A stretch of 64,000 bases of DNA from Marsupella aquatica (lineage: Eukaryota > Plantae > Marchantiophyta), in NCBI GenBank assembly GCA_973895155.1, contig OZ316895.1:14132225-14196224 (forward strand), written 5' to 3'. The notes beneath the pieces are model-generated. The model ran no database searches. It was not told the DNA's origin and was given only the letters and a program-made list of their open reading frames with translations. The translations under genes and the position numbers were made by a program. Below are positions 1 through 12,821 of this stretch, piece after piece. Position 1 is the first letter of the stretch, and each line of letters begins with the position of its first letter.

Positions 1-3000
1 CCTGTTCTTCCTGGAGAGGATCGAAAAGGCGCATGATAATTGTCAGACGTTTCTAAACTACACATTTACCTTAGATTTGAAGAATGAGGAACCTTCATTG
101 TGCAAATATGAGGGCCAGGGATAATTACATTTGAAGAAGACCACATACTACATGTTTCACGGACTTGAAATCATATATGCAATTCTCTGTACTAATGAGG
201 AGATCAGTAGGAAGCGCTTTGCGCTTTCTCTTCTCTCAGCAGCCTTGCCAATGTCAAGAGTATCTAGAAGGGCTCCTATGCATATTGATCGACTTACCGG
301 CCTAGGTAATCTTCATTGATCCTAGGAAAGTCACTAGCAAATTCTCCAAGCTTTCTCTCTGTAGCTTCTCCAGTTCTCAGGTTGAGGCGATACTCCCATC
401 TGCGAAACATGGTGGTCATGATCTAGTCAAATCACCACTTCAGCAGCACCTGCTTACAGAAAATTACATCTATGCACACATCATGGTAACTTCAATTGAA
501 TGATGCAGAAAGTTAGGGCGACAGTACTTTAACTGGTAGAAAATTATATAATTATCATGATAGAATAAGAAGTTATACTATGTGAAGCAGGGTCTTTCTG
601 CAACGAGCTTCTTATCCTTCTAGGATACTTTCGTATAATTGTACTTGGTGAATTCATGTTGCTTGTGAACTAGGCTTTACAACAAGCACAATAAAAATTC
701 CGAGTACTAGGAATCTTGACATGACTCCAAATTGTATGGCGTATGTCAATAGGCCCCTTTCCTATTCAATTTATTCACGTCCTTGTACACTGTTAGCTAG
801 TAACCTATATGATTGACCAAATAGTATTGAGTTAACAAAAACCCGCCACCCATGTCGGTAGACTTAGGAAACAAGGATAGCTTGTCTTACAGATTGTGAA
901 CAACTCCTTCCAATTTTTCTTTTCCATATACAGAAAGAGCTCCCATATTGATCGAGGGGCTTCGGCATGCAATAACTACCACTTCATCTCCATCCTCCCA
1001 TGCATTTGCTGCCAGACAATCACAGGGCGTACTGTTAGGAGTACGATAACACCCTGTCCAGAGGGTGTACTGGCTTATATTTGCTCCAGGGCGCCAGTCC
1101 AAGGGTGATTCTAAGTCAGAATACCTCCTCTGACTCGGTGTTAACGAACGTACTCAAACCGCTTACTGAGGACATTTTTGAAAACAATTACTTAGTCAGC
1201 GACAGTTTAACCTTCCCGTCTCACCAGGAGCCCTGGTAAAACATCCGCAAGCTTGACCTTTGTGGTATGAAATGTTCGTTACACATGCCTCTATGATTCT
1301 GAAGTATAATGTATCCAGCAAATAAAGAGAAAATGTCCGAATTGGTTTTAGAATAACAACACTTCTCTTGAGAATTCCTTTTGCCCATACCATCCACCAT
1401 GCATTTAGGATACAACTTAAAGTTTTGTGTCACTGAATCAGCTGATTTTGCAAGACATTCTATTCGAAGTGGTGCTATGGAAATTAAGAATGAATTCAAG
1501 GGGAGCGTATGATATCAATTTTCCCGGCAACTCACTCACCGGTGTGGAGAATCATACATGTAGAAACGTCAAACCAGCGAAGCTGAGATTCGTGCTTGGC
1601 ATATCTTGGTAGGATTCCAAAACTTGCTGGTTTAGTTGGATCAAATAAAAATGGGTCTTGATTCTTCTGAACCATTTCCTATTAAATGTCAGGAACAGAG
1701 CTGAGAATTAGCCAGTCAGAAAATGTCACACTAGTATGTACTCGTTGCAAATTCGAATGACTGCATGCAAGATGTCAGATCATTGATCAGTAAGTCATCA
1801 CAGAATTCCATATCCAAAAGAGTCTTGGCTGAGGTTTCTCACCGAGGGACTGAAGTAAAGAGGACAATCGATGAAGATGGCATAGTTCTCAGTTATGACA
1901 AAGTCATGCATCATAATTGGCCCCGAGGGTATGATAGGAATACCATTTCCAATCACTCCATCTTTTGAGATGACACGGTATGTGACGTATGGATGAGCAT
2001 CGAGCAGGTATCCAAATGTGAACATTTCGCCTGCAGTGGACAAAATTTCATCAGATCTCCTCACAATACAAAGAGTCATCATAGCTTTGATGAGCCAGTA
2101 TGCTATATACAGATGAGGGAACAAACCTGTGTCAGGATCAATTTTCGGGTGTGCAGTGAAAGGATGATTCAACTTTTGGTCGTAGTCATATCGTCCAATG
2201 GTCTCCAAGTCACCGTCCTCATGTATATGTACAAGATCTGCAATGATCTCTTCAGTATCAGACCTATTCAGAGTCTCTACCTAAAAACATGACTTGCACT
2301 AGATCCATCATTGCTACCACTATGATGGACTCCCCAATTCTGTCATATGAGATCAGTAATTGACTCTGTTTTTTCATGAAAACAAACAAAGCCGCTAGCA
2401 AGCTATACGTATCAAACAGCTTGTTGTCCGGCCCCGGTAGACGGAAGATATACTTGTCGCAAAAAGTAGCTGAAATGAGCTACTGTGGCAAGGAAAAGGA
2501 AACAAAAGTCTGGATGCGAAAAGCAGATAGACGATTCATCTTAATATGCGGGTCATACATGGCTTGTCTGATTCGCTCAGAGCAAAAAGCTTCCCATTGT
2601 GAAAAGTCAGTCCGGTATTTGCTGCACGTCAAGAGTAATAAAATCCGAAGTCAAGAACAGGACCATAGTCAAGAATTGAATAGTTTAGAAAGGTAGTTGA
2701 AACTGCGGTTAAATTTAAGCCTCATAGGCTTGCATTGGGAGTGGTACGTTGTTGAAATATAATATTCACAACTAGTGTGAAATACAATAAGTTGCAGTCA
2801 GCTTGAAAAACAACGACCGTAGTTTGACATGATTGTTTCACACTGCAATTCTTTACCAGTGCCATATCCATTGGACAGATCCACAACACCTAGGGCCACT
2901 CGAAGCTTGAATAGAGTTAACCAAGCAAGTCCTTTGTTTCCGCTCAAATCTCCCATCTGCCATTTGTCAAACCAGAAAATCTTAGGGTTTACTGATCAAT

Positions 3001-6000
3001 AAGATGACATTCAGTCAAAGTTTATTTACCCAACATGCAACGCAGAAGTGGAACTACTCCCTTCTCAAGTAGATTTTACCGTTTCAACCTTTCATATCCC
3101 GGAAGGTTGCTGGAAAAGGAGAAATATTGTATGGGCTCCAAATTTTCCTCTTCTCCAGTTGACATGAAAATCACACATCAAGAGTTTTGGAGCATCAGCT
3201 CATTGCTTGTTTATAATAAGTCTGCACGGGATCTAAAGTAGTACCTCGTAACCCTGTGGGAAAACTGTTGGAGGCATGTAGATAGCCATCTAGCTATTAG
3301 CTAAAGGGTGCCCCTACATGCTACTGCAGGTCTGTTCTGGCCTCAATCGTTTGAACACGAAAATGTTATTCCAATTAGGACCTGAGCAATAGCCTGCTGA
3401 AGCACGTTTAATGCTTTATCATGTTCACGCATAGGATCTTTTATATTACGCAGAAGTCACCAAGCTTCAATTCGACATCTTGATCGACTAAGGCAAAGCT
3501 ATACCAGAACCAGCTCGCGCGAGTTGGTGAATGTCAATCTGACTTTGCAAGGGGCAAATAATTTGACTGGACAGTATCACATACTTTCGCATTTCAACTT
3601 AAAATGGGTTGCAAGAGTGGAGTATATGTTCTGCTTTTCAGAGACATGGGTTAAAATCTATCTAAGTTCGGTTGGCATTTGAGCCAGAAAGGAATCACCG
3701 AACAAGACATAAGTTGGTAATTAATAGAATTTATTTGATCAGGCTAGGAAAAGGAAAGATCATCACAGAGGTTATCATGGACAAAGTAAAGTAAACTAGG
3801 GAAACTCTCCCCAGGAAACTTCTTCAAGGAAAGAAACAAAATTCATAGAGATGGCAACGTCGCATTTGATGTGAGAGAGGAACAAACCCTCCAGAACGTG
3901 GGACCACCCCAATGCTCCTCCTGCCGCAGTCTTGATGTCCTTACGTAGCGTGAAGCGTATGTCACCTTTCCATCCTTGATTCTGACCCCATGCAGCATTC
4001 TTCGATCGTCCACAACATGCCAACGTCAGTACGGCGTCCTTTCTAACGTTCCTAATGACTGAGTTGAAATGCTTACACGACACCGACACCCCCGGAACAA
4101 AAAACTTGCGAATTTTGTAGATGACTACTTGGGAATCACGTTCGAAGACTCGTCGCCACGTCATGACTCAAGCAAGAAGGACAGTCAGTTGCATTCACCG
4201 GCTCGCGTACTGACAACTCTCGCCAACCTAGCTAGCTCACCGGCCTCTCGTGGTGAAAGCACACTGTAATGCACGCCTCACATCTGGTTAATTTGTCAAT
4301 GTCAATAAAACAGAGAACAGACAATATATCCAAATCGCAAGAGTTTCTATGGAGCAGCCGGATGTGACTAGCTAGCCGACCATGGTTGCTTCGAGAACAT
4401 ACCCATCTCCGTCAAACCTGCATCCCAGGAAAATTCGGGGCTATTAGAATTTCAACCTCATAAAAAACTGCTAGACATCCTTAAACATTCGTATTAAGAA
4501 TCATCCAGTTTGGTACCTACATCAATCGTACGTTTAAACAAGAAATCGAAGGTATCAATAGGAAACATCTACCTCTTGATACCTTTGCTTGTTTAGATGA
4601 TCGATCCTGGGTATGCAACTCCCCTTTTTATAAGGCAAATTTTTAATTCCTTATGACGGCCTTATATCCAGTTGACCATCTTAGATTTTATTTTAGTCTA
4701 CTAAAGTCTGGTACCTCTGAACTCAAAGAATTCAAAAATATAACTTTAAAAAAAAACCAAACATGTTTTGATGTACAAAAAGTTAATCAAAACCAAATTA
4801 TATGGGTTTTTTTTAATACAGGGGTCTACAGCCAAACTAGCCAGCTTTTTAGTATTTTTATTAAAATTTTAAAAATCTTTTAATAAAAATTATAACATGT
4901 ATAAGAATATTTTTTAATTTCATATGGAAAATGAAGAAAACCAAACCTTTTTATATGACTTGAAAATTTTTAAAAGAGGAAAACCAAGTTTTTTCAAATT
5001 TTAATTATTTTGTATAGTCAACTTTTTAGTCCACATAAAAATATATTATATAAGAGTTGCGTACCCGGGCGATCGATGTGTGCAAGTGGGGTCGAAAGGT
5101 CACAGGATGAGAGGAGAACCTAGACTTGCTTTCAAACTAGACTTTTCTGAAGACGACAAGCGAGCAGCTATGGAAGCAAACATGGCCGCTTTCAGAATTT
5201 GTCACTCTGACTAGCCATTGAAAATGTATGCTCTCTCTGAAAGTTAAGGTCTCTCACAATTCTATCAGGATGGGACGTACAGTGAAAGCGTTGGAGTACA
5301 ATGAGGCAGTAGCCATTACCAATGATACTTTGCAACCGGTTTGAACCTCGGATTTGGTCCCACGCGCAGAAACTCGCCGTTCAAACACTCCTGCTTGGCA
5401 CACCGAAACCGTATAAATTAGACTTGAGAACCCTTCGAAGCCGATCCAAATGTGCATTCTCCTCTCTGCCTCAGATCAGCAAACTCAGACGCAAATGCTG
5501 TTGAACAAGCTTTGCCGCAGCTGGGTTGAATTGCAATCTACTTTGGTTTGGCACCCAGCGGACTTTATAATCACTTCATCAATTCATTCGGCCTCGACGT
5601 ATACGCTCTCTAGCTAGCCTGTAACCCACTCGGCCTAGAAAGCTTTATGGGAGAAATGGACCGTCGATCATCTCATTCTCTCAGGGCTGTAGCGCTCAGA
5701 AATTCTCAATCGCCTGTTTGTTTAGATCATTCATTTATGATGTAGTCTTTGTAAGGAAGTTCAACCCACATGCACCCCCGTTAATGTGTTTACCTCCATC
5801 TGCTTCCCCTAGCCTACTGATCCCTGTACGTGCCTGCTGTAACCAATGGACTATATATCAAATTAACCCACTGTCTAATTAAGATCTCCATCAATTAGTG
5901 TCTATTTATGTCCATGTCAAGTCCCACGCAATGCGATCACGTACGTACTCTCCTGCTAGAAAGATTCTCAACCGTCCCTACCTCGAACCCTTATTGCTAC

Positions 6001-6386
6001 AGTCCATGATGTAGAGTTTGTTGTCGATCGTCACCAGGTGATTGAATTGGGAACTTCCCCAGTACCACTATTGTAATATAAACAAAAGAAAAGCTCAAGA
6101 AATTTCATGCAGTTTCCAGAACTTGAAGCACTCACAGGGAGGTAGCCAAGGACAGAGTGAACAGGCTCAGGTCCAAACTCGTCGGCCGGCGCATAGTTGC
6201 CACGCAAGTAATAATTCGTTGGCTTTGAGGAACCATGAAAGGCATGCAGCAGAGCTCTTTCGAATGCATCACAAAAAAGAGCTGAGATGGTTAATTTCAG
6301 GGACCTCTTCAGTAAACTACTGGTCTCCTCCTGCTCGTTCGCAGCATCTTCTGACTGTGTTGGGCGTTCAGACAATTCTTTAATTC
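1..6386 (-). CDS. CCD1: CCD1-like carotenoid cleavage dioxygenase, paralog A (multi-exon; 3' end beyond window edge; start codon not located)
   Basis: GT-AG exons on the minus strand: 6386-6136 (..[16 protein letters not shown]), 5390-5320 ([24 protein letters not shown]), 4417-4403 (FDGDG micro-exon), 3999-3888 ([21 protein letters not shown]), 2956-2857, 2621-2559 ([22 protein letters not shown]), 2237-2127 ([11 protein letters not shown]), 2030-1843 ([13 protein letters not shown]), 1678-1540 ([14 protein letters not shown]), 1008-891 ([11 protein letters not shown]), 399-298 ([12 protein letters not shown]), 10->1 (truncated). The frame is continuous and three of four Fe-binding His are visible. 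All ten exons from 5390 to 298 match paralog B in length. Confidence 0.93.
4606..5069. mobile_element. MITE-like non-autonomous DNA transposon (hAT-like 8-bp TSD) in a CCD-A intron
   Basis: Terminal inverted repeats cctgggtatgcaactc (4606-) and gagttgcgtacccggg (-5069). Flanking near-identical 8-mers tgatcgat (4598-4605) and cgatcgat (5070-5077). The interior is very AT-rich and non-coding. Confidence 0.65.
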
Positions 6387-6970
6387 CTGCATAGAATATA
6401 ACTCTATTAATCTCGCGTCAGTGATTAGACTCAATATCTTTTTCTGGCCGGCTACTTGCGATATATATACGGGCGAAAAGGAGAGGTTTCGACCATTCAA
6501 TTCTACCGTTGGAGTGTGGCCTAGGTAATTGACGGAATTGCGGCTCACGAGATTTGTGATACGGGTGTGCGAAACTCGGTACACGAAAAATTGGCGAAAT
6601 CCTTTTCACTTTGCAGCTGTCGATGTATACTTATCTACATAATGTTCTACGAGGATGTATTCGAATTCGATAGTTTCAGTCCTGCATTTGAGAAAATGGG
6701 ACTTTTCATTGGAAGGTTTTTCCTCTTGCCCCAAGTAAAACTTAAGAAAGATACTTTCGTTCCCTGCACTTCCTATGATGGAAACTTATATATGCCTGGG
6801 AACGATATATTGGTGATCGATGTCTTGTGGGTGATGACAGATTGCACTGGACTGCACAACAAACTGTTCGTTCATCTGAACAATTGCATTATGAATACAT
6901 CTCGAATTCATAGAACAAACTTAATAAGTAAAAAGTTTGGACGGGTTTGCTGCCTTAATTACCATAAAAT

Positions 6971-8496
6971 TGTATGATCCCAAGATCATTAAATTTGGGG
7001 ACCGCATTTGATGATTTCAGAGATGAAGCTCTAGGTAAACTTGGCAATACGGAAATTGTCGCTCGTCTTGTCCACTTTGTCCGAAAGATCATTGCCTTTC
7101 GATGAATGATTAATTCTGCGCCACCCCTTGAATATCCTCCACAATCCAAAGGGGTCGGAAGCCCGAACATCTTCAAAGACGTTATTCCCTCCACCATGAC
7201 CCTTCGATCAGTACAGGAGTCTGCCCTGGATAATGACAATCGGCAAGCTGATCATAGTAAATACTCAACGCATTCTGCCACAAATGCCAAGCGAAACAAT
7301 AATTAAGAATAAAAGGGACCTTGAACCCAATACGTACGAATCTCACCTCAAATTTTGGTCATCTCAACATCCAGTGAAGCTGAAGTCCGGCCGACCTTCA
7401 CTTCAGCGTCTCTCAAACAATCTGATCGCGCTCGAGTCCTCAAGTAATCTATTAATATAGTGCTCGAATCTAGGACCTATCGAGTGAAACAATTATGAAT
7501 TGAAGCGGCTCAGGTCCCTGAATTCATCGTTACTGACTAGCCGTTAGCACTACAGTTATTCATAGGTCCTGAACTTGATGGCAAGAAGTATTACTTAGTT
7601 ATGTGGAGAGACGGGATCAAGAAAGTCTCCCATGAATGTTACTAAAGCCTGTTACAACTCCAACAGCATGAGGTGATGGCGCGAGCGCAGCCCCAAGTTT
7701 GTTCAGTCGTACAGATATGCGGGAGGGACGGCAGCAGCAGGCAGGAGCCCGGCCCAATCTTCTGGCTGGCTCGCTCAATCGCCAACTACATAGTTTTACG
7801 CAATTCAAGATCGGTGTGCCAACGTAGTAGCTGCTGTGTTGCAATGCAGGCTACAAGAGATCCGGAGGCACGTAATTGTGGCGTGACTTTCACGAGATGG
7901 CTCTCAGGGGGGCTCTCAGGAGCGTTCTTTCTCGCCGCCGAAGACTGAGTATCTGGCAGCGTATCCACAAGTAATTTACTGAGTTGAGTTGAGTTTGGCC
8001 TCTGTCGTGTTGCCACCTCTCTGGTATCGCGGAGAAAACGAAGATATGAGAGATACTCTGAGCAAACCCACAAAAACATCTCACTCTTCCAGTGCTCTTA
8101 CTACAATGATGCTATTTATATGATTCTGACAAATTTCACTAATAAAGGGGAACAAATACTTGAACTCGATCAAAAGTCAGCCCTGTGCTCCATATATGAT
8201 TATCTTACTTGCGTTGAATGAGAATCAGTTGATCGAACTCCCGTTGACTAATTGCCGTTCAAGGGCGATCGAACATGGTAACTCGATCATGGAGTAGCGA
8301 TAACGCGCGCAAAAGTATAGATCTGTCCTTGTATTATTCCCAAGAAAAGTAAAATAATTATGACAACCTCCATATATGGTGTCAGAAGTACATCTCTCGC
8401 AAAAACAATCGCAGATCTTTGTTGAGTCAGGTGGTATTCCGTGCCCAAAATAGCAAACGAGGAGTCTAAGCTGGATCTTAACAAATGATCCTTACA
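6971..8496. mobile_element. possible solo-LTR or TE-derived insertion in the first intron region of CCD-A
   Basis: Begins tgtatgatcc and ends gatccttaca (TG..CA, loosely inverted). Contains an LTR-like ctatttata motif and no credible ORF. No matching target-site duplication was found. Confidence 0.25.
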
Positions 8497-8816
8497 ATAT
8501 CTTTATCATTTAAAGATATTGTAAGATTCTTAATGCAAGAGGGCGAGCTCAGAGAGAACCAACAGTTCGCAAACCAAACCGGAAGAAAAACAATGCAGGC
8601 TGGACTGTCATGTCAAAAGCAACTTCTTTTACGTATCTTGTCAAACTCGTAACTTTTACGTCCCCTCCATCTCAAGTGAGTGCAGCGTTAATTTGTCTAT
8701 TAGTCGTAGAATTGGCTTCCCTGTCCCTAAAGATATATAGAAACACAGTCCTAGATTTTCGGGTTTTGTCTGAATTGTCAATGAACCGCTTCGAAACCTC
8801 TTTTCGCCTCAGTCAC

Positions 8817-9011
8817 CAGATCGAACCTTCCCGGACTGCCTTCGCCGCAGTTGAACTTGCTGGGCACTTGATGATCTTCGCGACAAAGTTTCCGAATGTG
8901 ACGATGAGGGAGAGTTCGGAATGGCGAGCTTGGGGTCGACAATGTACACAGACTGCAGCTTGCCTGAGTGCAAGTTGATATTCCAAGGGGATTCCCAAGT
9001 TTTGGAGGCAC
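8817..9011 (-). CDS. candidate upstream (transit-peptide-like) exon of CCD-A
   Basis: Acceptor ttagttcag| and donor TCTG|gtgact bound a 195-nt, phase 1-1 exon that is compatible with the phase-1 start of exon 6386. It encodes a Ser/Arg-rich stretch (..PNSPSSSHSETLSRRSSSAQQVQLRRRQSGKVRS). The initiating ATG exon was not found. Confidence 0.4.
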
Positions 9012-9839
9012 CTGAACTAATTGAAATCACTAAAGACCAACAAAGCCCACGCTAGAAAGACAAAGAGTCCAAGAGAGGGGCCAAAATCTCCCCATGATCG
9101 ACGCCGAACATTCACGTAGCTAGCTAGCAATCTATCTACTTATCTGTCTATCCATCCATCCATCCATATAATTATAAAAAGTATGGGGATGGTGGAGTGT
9201 GAACATAATGGATCCTCAGTAACACTGGTTGGGCCTTTACGGCATTGTACGCTACCTTATGAAACAAAGCTGTCTGAGATGTGCTCACGAGCTTCGTTAG
9301 TAGCGTTCTTGCATGAGTTAATTCAGTTCTTGACGTGACCTGATTTGTGTCTGTTTTGCTCTTTCTCTTCGTGCTCCTCTCGTTCTTATCGAGTGTTTGT
9401 CCCGTTCTTGTTCAATTGAGTATTCACGACACAAATTTGGCCTAATAATAGTACCAGTGATTTCCCCCCAAAAAACGAAATGGTAGCATCACAAAATATC
9501 ACTAATATCATCACAATACTCCAAGGACGTTCGAACTGCTTTCTTATGGTTGTCATGGAATCTGGAAAATATATTTTATTAGGGAGAGTCACTACTGTGT
9601 TGAAAAATCATGTTAACTGTTGTGATGAGCTGTGCAACCGCGACAAGCACTACCTTGTCCAAGATTGTTGGATACTAGGTACACCTAAATTCAATAGAGG
9701 GCTTCAATGGAGTGTGCTATTGAACTGGAATAAACACTGTAGGGGGGACTTTACAAGTCAGAGCCTGCAGGCCACTTGGTTTATCCCCAATTAATTGTCC
9801 ACACCCAGATTTGCCCTCTCCTAGCCTCTTCCCTTTTCT

Positions 9840-9844
<5 letters not shown>

Positions 9845-9885
<41 letters not shown>
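9845..9885. repeat. (CT)n microsatellite
   Basis: Run of about 20 CT units. Confidence 0.95.
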
Positions 9886-9889
<4 letters not shown>

Positions 9890-11366
9890 GTTCTTTCATC
9901 TGATTGCTTGGGTGCGTCTCATCAGACATTCGGGGAGTTCCATGTGCGGCAAATTCATATAGCTAGGGTCATTTAAAAAGTCCAAGGACCAGCTAGCTAC
10001 ACCAATCATTTCAGTCCATGCCGTCGTTGGGAAAATGAGTTTAGTGAGCAGAGTGGGTTAAGCTGACTCGGGAAAACTTACCGTGGAATAGACCTTGGTG
10101 AGATTTCTTACTCTGGTTGGGGTAGAAAGGATGTAAGCTAAGTTTTTGCTTAAGTGATAAAGACAAAAGAAGAGTGGAGAAGACAAGTGTTAGCTAAGGT
10201 TAAAAGAGTTTTTGGACCTGAATGCAACACGTGGCAGCTTGAGGTTCAAACTGCATAAGGACAGTTGAGATGCAGGCTGTTTTGGGAGGTGTGGTGAATG
10301 GAGTGGCGGTTGCAACTTGCAATGTGTGGGTGTGTGTTGTTGATTTTGAAAAATCTATTGATTGGAGAAAAAGAGGAGGAATTTTGATGCGCAGCATCAG
10401 CCCGGGGTCCTCACTTATTTACTTTCTACCTATCACGCAAAAATCAGTATAAGGTTTGTTTATTAGGTTGAGAATAATACTTTTAAATTTCTGCAGAAGA
10501 ACATTAGTGTTTCAGAAATCTAATTTTGAGAAATAAGAAAAGAAAGGATTCAAAAAATGAGATTTAGGAATATTTTTAGAATATTCCAAAAAGATATGTT
10601 AGAAGTCACATTCTAGTGGGATTTGCATGATCCATCATTTACTTTCCTGTACCCCAAACTGGTCAAAGTAATCATATGGTTTGTAATTCTATAAACCCTT
10701 ATGATTCTGTCAAGCAAGTTCATGACTGCTGCCTTTCAACTCAACTTGTAAGTGCGTAAGGAGGGGGGGGGGGAGGGGGTTGTTGTTGTTGTTGTTGAGG
10801 GACATCCAGTACTGTAGATTGACACATAGTCTAGTGACATTGATGTAAGAGTCACTATTATCTGCAGAGATGTGGCCCAGTAGTTGAGATCGTTCCCATT
10901 TAGATTGCCAACAAAGTATGGTGTTGTGGGTTTGATTTCAACTTGCAAGTCTGTTGCCCCTACTGCACCTCCTAAAGATAAGCAAATTTTGAGCTCTATT
11001 GTTTTTTGGATAGGTGTAGTAGACTTTCCTAGTAGTGCAAAAATCACTTGTCAATTAAGCTGGCTGTTAAGAGGGCATAGTGTACTTTCCAAAAGCTAAG
11101 GTACATCCATCGTCCCTTACAGAGTTGAGAGCATGAAAGCAGAGAGGAAAACTTTACTGCTAGTCCAACCCCAATTAACCACTTCAGGTTGCCCCCAATA
11201 ACAAATGATTGGCTCAGTCCTTGCCCAAGATATAGGATGATGACAATCTGTGCACAAGAAATCCTGTGACCAAAGGGTGAAGAAAAGTTGACGGAGAATT
11301 GTGAAGATTTTTCAAGCATTCAGGGAACATGGTTAGACTAGAACCTCGGCCCAGACCATCCTACTA

Positions 11367-11740
11367 GGGCGTCTCAAAGCTGGCAATTTGATGTACCTTA
11401 ACTTCCTAGTTATGGGTTATGGACTACATAATTCACAGTGCATAACTTTTTGCCATAAGGATTGGTCTTATGCCATAACCATTAGTAACGGCTGAGGTTG
11501 GTGAAAAGAAAGAAAAAAAAAACTTTTTACAGAGTTTTATGAAAAAGTTACAACCTATTCTTTAGGACCAAATGCCATCATCCATAAATTCTCCCTAATT
11601 TCCAAGCTTTGAGACACCCATTTCCTACATAAGCATGGTGCCCAAAAAAGTTCACTATCATCCATAATTTCCTCCATAATTTCCAAGCTTGGAGACACCC
11701 TATCCTACATAAGTATGGTGCCCAAAATAGTTAACTATCG
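11367..11740. mobile_element. Tourist/PIF-like MITE with duplicated right end
   Basis: Left TIR gggcgtctcaaagc (11367) pairs with gctttgagacaccc (ends 11619) and with a second copy, gcttggagacaccc (ends 11700). An approximately 81-bp tandem duplication spans 11578-11740. Confidence 0.5.
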
Positions 11741-12821
11741 TGACTTTCCAGGCAGAAGATTATGGAAACAGCAGGGACCTCCAAAATGGTTGCCCACAGG
11801 TAACCTATCTTTCATACGAAATTTATGTTTTGCACATTGGCTAACCTGTTTCAGGGCTGATCGAACACTGCCATAAGACAGGATCAGATTTGGACTCAGT
11901 TGGCTAACGCCTTTCAAGATCTAGGGGCTTGACTATCACGATTAGGGGAAAGTTAGACTTAGAGTAACATCAAGATCGAATGAGCACTGAGGATTACGCT
12001 GACGTTCTCTAACCCTTCAATGGCACCACAAAAGTAAAAGTCAGGATGCGACTCGACAACAAAATGGGTGGACCGTCTACTTTGCAATCCATTGCTTTCC
12101 ACTGCTGTTAGGAAACAGGAGGCAGCTGATATTCACTTGAATCCCAGCTCCAGTTGCAATGGAGATGGGCCAGGACAGTACCCTTTGATTTGAGGCGTGA
12201 TAGAGAATCGATCATGCCTTTCTTCTCGTCACACGAGCCATCAAGTCTGGTCCATGAGAAATATTGCTGGCTATTTCTACAGCCACATAAGTTGCTCCTC
12301 CCATTCGTGTTGTGTCTACTCTTATGCACTACAGAGGGATGCAAGGCAGCACAAAACAAGGCATGGACGGGACATTGAGTCATTGAAAATCTACCCAGCA
12401 GCCCAAAGTGCCTACCGTCCAGTGCCTTGTAGGAAGGCAGGTAATGTGCAAAATAAGAAGTGCACGAAAAAACAGAAACTCACGATGACCCATCTCCGTC
12501 AGCTTGAAGTCTTTTGGCCTTGGTGCCCAAATTTCGAGCTGAATGTGAACATCAACTGTATAGTCTTAAATTCAAATCCTGAGAGTGTTGAGCAGCTCAA
12601 ACTTTCTGAACCTCCATTGAATCTGAATGGAGTTCGGAAGTAGAGTATTCAGCTTCTTGATCAAATTCGAAACGAGCGCGTCAGACAATTCCTGGCAAAC
12701 AACCTCCTCTCTAAACAATTGCAGTTCTGCTTCATTGAGCAGATATGTCTCTACATTCTGCTACGTTCTCATGGTCACTTCATAGGCCGTTCCCTGATGC
12801 CCCTCGAATTTCTGCAAAAGG

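Noticed and set aside
10736-11319. ORF fragments containing LSLGGAVGA and a Thr/Pro tail, reminiscent of a GH18 chitinase, lying between CCD-A and the P450
   Set aside because: There is no DxxDxDxE catalytic motif and no coherent exon structure, and the T/P tail comes from simple repeats. At most this is a decayed fragment. A tBLASTx search would settle it.
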